Virus record (IMG/VR): IMGVR_UViG_3300033067_000438
Location: 1 to 36,704 of that record
Length of the DNA: 36,704 bases
From: a virus
Lineage: Duplodnaviria; Caudoviricetes
Reading direction: 5' to 3' (one strand)
Part shown: positions 34,886 through 36,704 of the stretch, in pieces
How positions within the stretch are numbered: position 1 is the first letter of the stretch
Layout: each line of letters begins with the position of its first letter
Translations under genes and position numbers: made by a program
The notes under the pieces: generated by a model
Told to the model about the DNA's origin: nothing
Database searches by the model: none
The model's input: only the letters and a program-made list of their open reading frames with translations

Positions 34886-35095
34886 TTAAACTACCGGATG
34901 CAAGTCTGAATCAATATTCATAACTGCATTGGCAATATCCTCATCAATAGCAGCTTCGTTTTGTCCTGCTTCAAGTTCAGACACTCGATTAGTTAGGCTA
35001 GTGATAATAGCCTGGTCTGATGCTGCATTGGTTCTTAATGCAGCAATAGCATCACGATCCGCCTGCAACATGGCTAATAATTCTGTTTTTGTCAT
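34886..35095 (-). CDS. small coiled-coil hypothetical protein
   Basis: 69 aa, AGGAG SD. Confidence 0.75.
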   Translation of the reverse strand: MTKTELLAMLQADRDAIAALRTNAASDQAIITSLTNRVSELEAGQNEAAIDEDIANAVMNIDSDLHPVV

Positions 35096-35167
35096 TTATT
35101 ATTTCTCCTATTAAAATTACATTATACTCTAATTAACAACCGTAATAATATGGTATCAAATCATCGC

Positions 35168-35566
35168 TCATATAAAATCTCTTATCAAAGTAATTAGACC
35201 GAATATGCCAGATACAAATACAATTATAACAGTTGAGCCGCCAGCCCACCTAAGAATTGTATCAACTGTTGTATAATTATTTGATGATCGTTTCAATGTA
35301 GGCTCGTAGTCTGTTATCTTCTTTAATATCTGGCCAAGCAATTCTGCTTGTTTAGCCTGAACATCGAACGTGTCGCTATGCCTCCTATTATGAGTCTCAT
35401 GCTGAGAATCGCATGATAATCTGTGTGCTTTTAGTTCTGCTATTTCTCTTTCGTGTTGATCGCACTTAGACAAATATACTTTTGTTTCTGCACTTTGAAT
35501 CTTTAAATCTGAAATATCTGATTTCATTTGTTCAATCTCATGTGGGTTTGGTATTCTCCACATCAT
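35168..35566 (-). CDS. putative holin/antiholin-like membrane protein
   Basis: Coiled-coil N-terminus, single C-terminal TM, AGGGG SD, upstream of spanins and endolysin. Confidence 0.5.
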   Translation of the reverse strand: MMWRIPNPHEIEQMKSDISDLKIQSAETKVYLSKCDQHEREIAELKAHRLSCDSQHETHNRRHSDTFDVQAKQAELLGQILKKITDYEPTLKRSSNNYTTVDTILRWAGGSTVIIVFVSGIFGLITLIRDFI

Positions 35567-35613
35567 GTTATCCCCTTTAAAAATTATTGTCTGTGGTAAA
35601 TATCACTATCATA

Positions 35614-36606
35614 TTAAGATGGAATCGGAATAGGTAATTTATTCCAAAACTGCATCTCATAAAATTTTACGCTACTAGGATAATATGCGGTTTGATACAT
35701 CATGCATAATTCAAATCTGCACCAAGGATATCCAAATAATCCGATCAATTTACCGGATAATTTTGGCGCTAAGTCTTGAGGATAAACATCAGCTAATACT
35801 TGTATATTCTGTCCTTCTACTTGTATAGCCACTACCAATCTACCGGCTGACCGTTTCCAATATACATATAATCTTGTTTTAACGTCTAATTGTGCCGCAA
35901 TCCCGGAACGTCTTGAATAATATATTTCTGATACGTCCAATCCGGGGATGATTCCTACACCATTAGCATTATCGTCAACAAGTACATACCACTGATTATA
36001 AGCGTCTCCGCTTAATGCTCGATTTATCATAACTTCAATTCTTAATGCACCAACTCCTGCCTGGCCAAGATATCCACCTTCTTTAAGCTCAAAAAGCGTT
36101 AAATATTTTCCAGCGGCTGGATTGCCTCCAAGGTCTAATCCGGCTGGCAATTTAAAAACTGTACTCACACATAATTCGTCGACATCGTTCAAACTCGCTT
36201 GAGCGGGAGTTCTTACGACTTGTAACATTGTCTGAGGGACTATCGAAAAATCTGGTTTTGTGCCGTCCGCTTTGTTTATTTCTAAAGATAAACAATCTGA
36301 AGCTAAATTGCTGGAATAATATGTAGCAAATACTGCTGGATCGGTAACCGGAGATTGTGGAATACTAAGTATATCTATAATAGTATTTGATCCCCACATG
36401 GTTTTAATATCATTTACAATGTCTGATCCAGTTATCGAACATATAGAATCTGTAAATTGTTGGTGCCAATTTTGATAATTTGCTGGCGGTGTATAATTGG
36501 CTGGGCCTAACGACATACCAGTAAATCTAGTATCAAATAATAAATTCGCTGATGATTGTCTTCTAGCAGGCAGTCTTGAAGCTAAAGCATTGCCATATAT
36601 AGCCAT
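35614..36606 (-). CDS. putative virion/tail-associated beta-rich (lectin/lyase-like) protein
   Basis: 330 aa, beta-strand-rich and aromatic-rich pattern, upstream of lysis genes; fold is a guess. Confidence 0.45.
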   Translation of the reverse strand: MAIYGNALASRLPARRQSSANLLFDTRFTGMSLGPANYTPPANYQNWHQQFTDSICSITGSDIVNDIKTMWGSNTIIDILSIPQSPVTDPAVFATYYSSNLASDCLSLEINKADGTKPDFSIVPQTMLQVVRTPAQASLNDVDELCVSTVFKLPAGLDLGGNPAAGKYLTLFELKEGGYLGQAGVGALRIEVMINRALSGDAYNQWYVLVDDNANGVGIIPGLDVSEIYYSRRSGIAAQLDVKTRLYVYWKRSAGRLVVAIQVEGQNIQVLADVYPQDLAPKLSGKLIGLFGYPWCRFELCMMYQTAYYPSSVKFYEMQFWNKLPIPIPS

Positions 36607-36608
36607 TA

Positions 36609-36704
36609 TTACGCACCCCTACTAATTAATTCAGCATAGTAACCTTTGCATGTAAGATTAGTATCAGTTGTGCCACCCAAGAAATATGTATGATTTATCC
36701 AACT
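36609..36704 (-). CDS. C-terminus of a gene entering from the window edge
   Basis: Open frame SWINHTYFLGGTTDTNLTCKGYYAELISRGA* ending just before the next ATG. Confidence 0.6.
   Translation of the reverse strand, partial: SWINHTYFLGGTTDTNLTCKGYYAELISRGA

Noticed and set aside
1-36704. Genome-wide stop-codon reassignment
   Set aside because: TAA, TGA and TAG all end well-packed genes; only one internal TAA was found
1-36704. DGR, retron or integrase/CI lysogeny module
   Set aside because: No reverse transcriptase, template/variable repeat pair, recombinase or peptidase-bearing repressor recognised in this window; lifestyle cannot be determined

Overview
The window is a large part of a tailed dsDNA phage genome, probably podovirus-like (long-barrel portal) with a Gram-negative host (Rz/Rz1 spanins, sigma70-type promoters). 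It runs in alternating transcription blocks. Minus strand 1-10.5 kb holds the head/packaging genes (portal, TerL with a LAGLIDADG intein, TerS), a Q-like gene with a promoter-terminator gate, small early genes and a ~570-nt array of abutting structured, partly tRNA-like RNA domains. 10.5-11.2 kb is an AT-rich origin-like region plus a G-rich ~280-nt non-coding transcription unit. Plus strand 11.2-14.2 kb holds small accessory genes (MazG-like, HTH). Minus strand 14.2-17.4 kb holds a split primase/helicase module, a C5-methyltransferase-like gene broken by one in-frame TAA, and AlpA-like and Cro-like regulators. Plus strand 17.5-33.4 kb holds recombination/replication genes (Sak4-like ATPase, SSB, apparently inactive exonuclease, HNH, SF2 helicase, VRR-NUC, SNF2-methyltransferase fusion, beta clamp, TraR) and many modular small proteins. 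Minus strand 33.4-36.7 kb holds the lysis cassette and putative tail-region genes. No integrase, capsid, DNA polymerase, reverse transcriptase or CRISPR array was recognised. The most intriguing signals are the non-coding ones: the RNA-domain array, the G-rich RNA beside the putative origin and two pseudoknotted leaders. All family calls come from motif recognition by eye, and all RNA structures were paired by hand.
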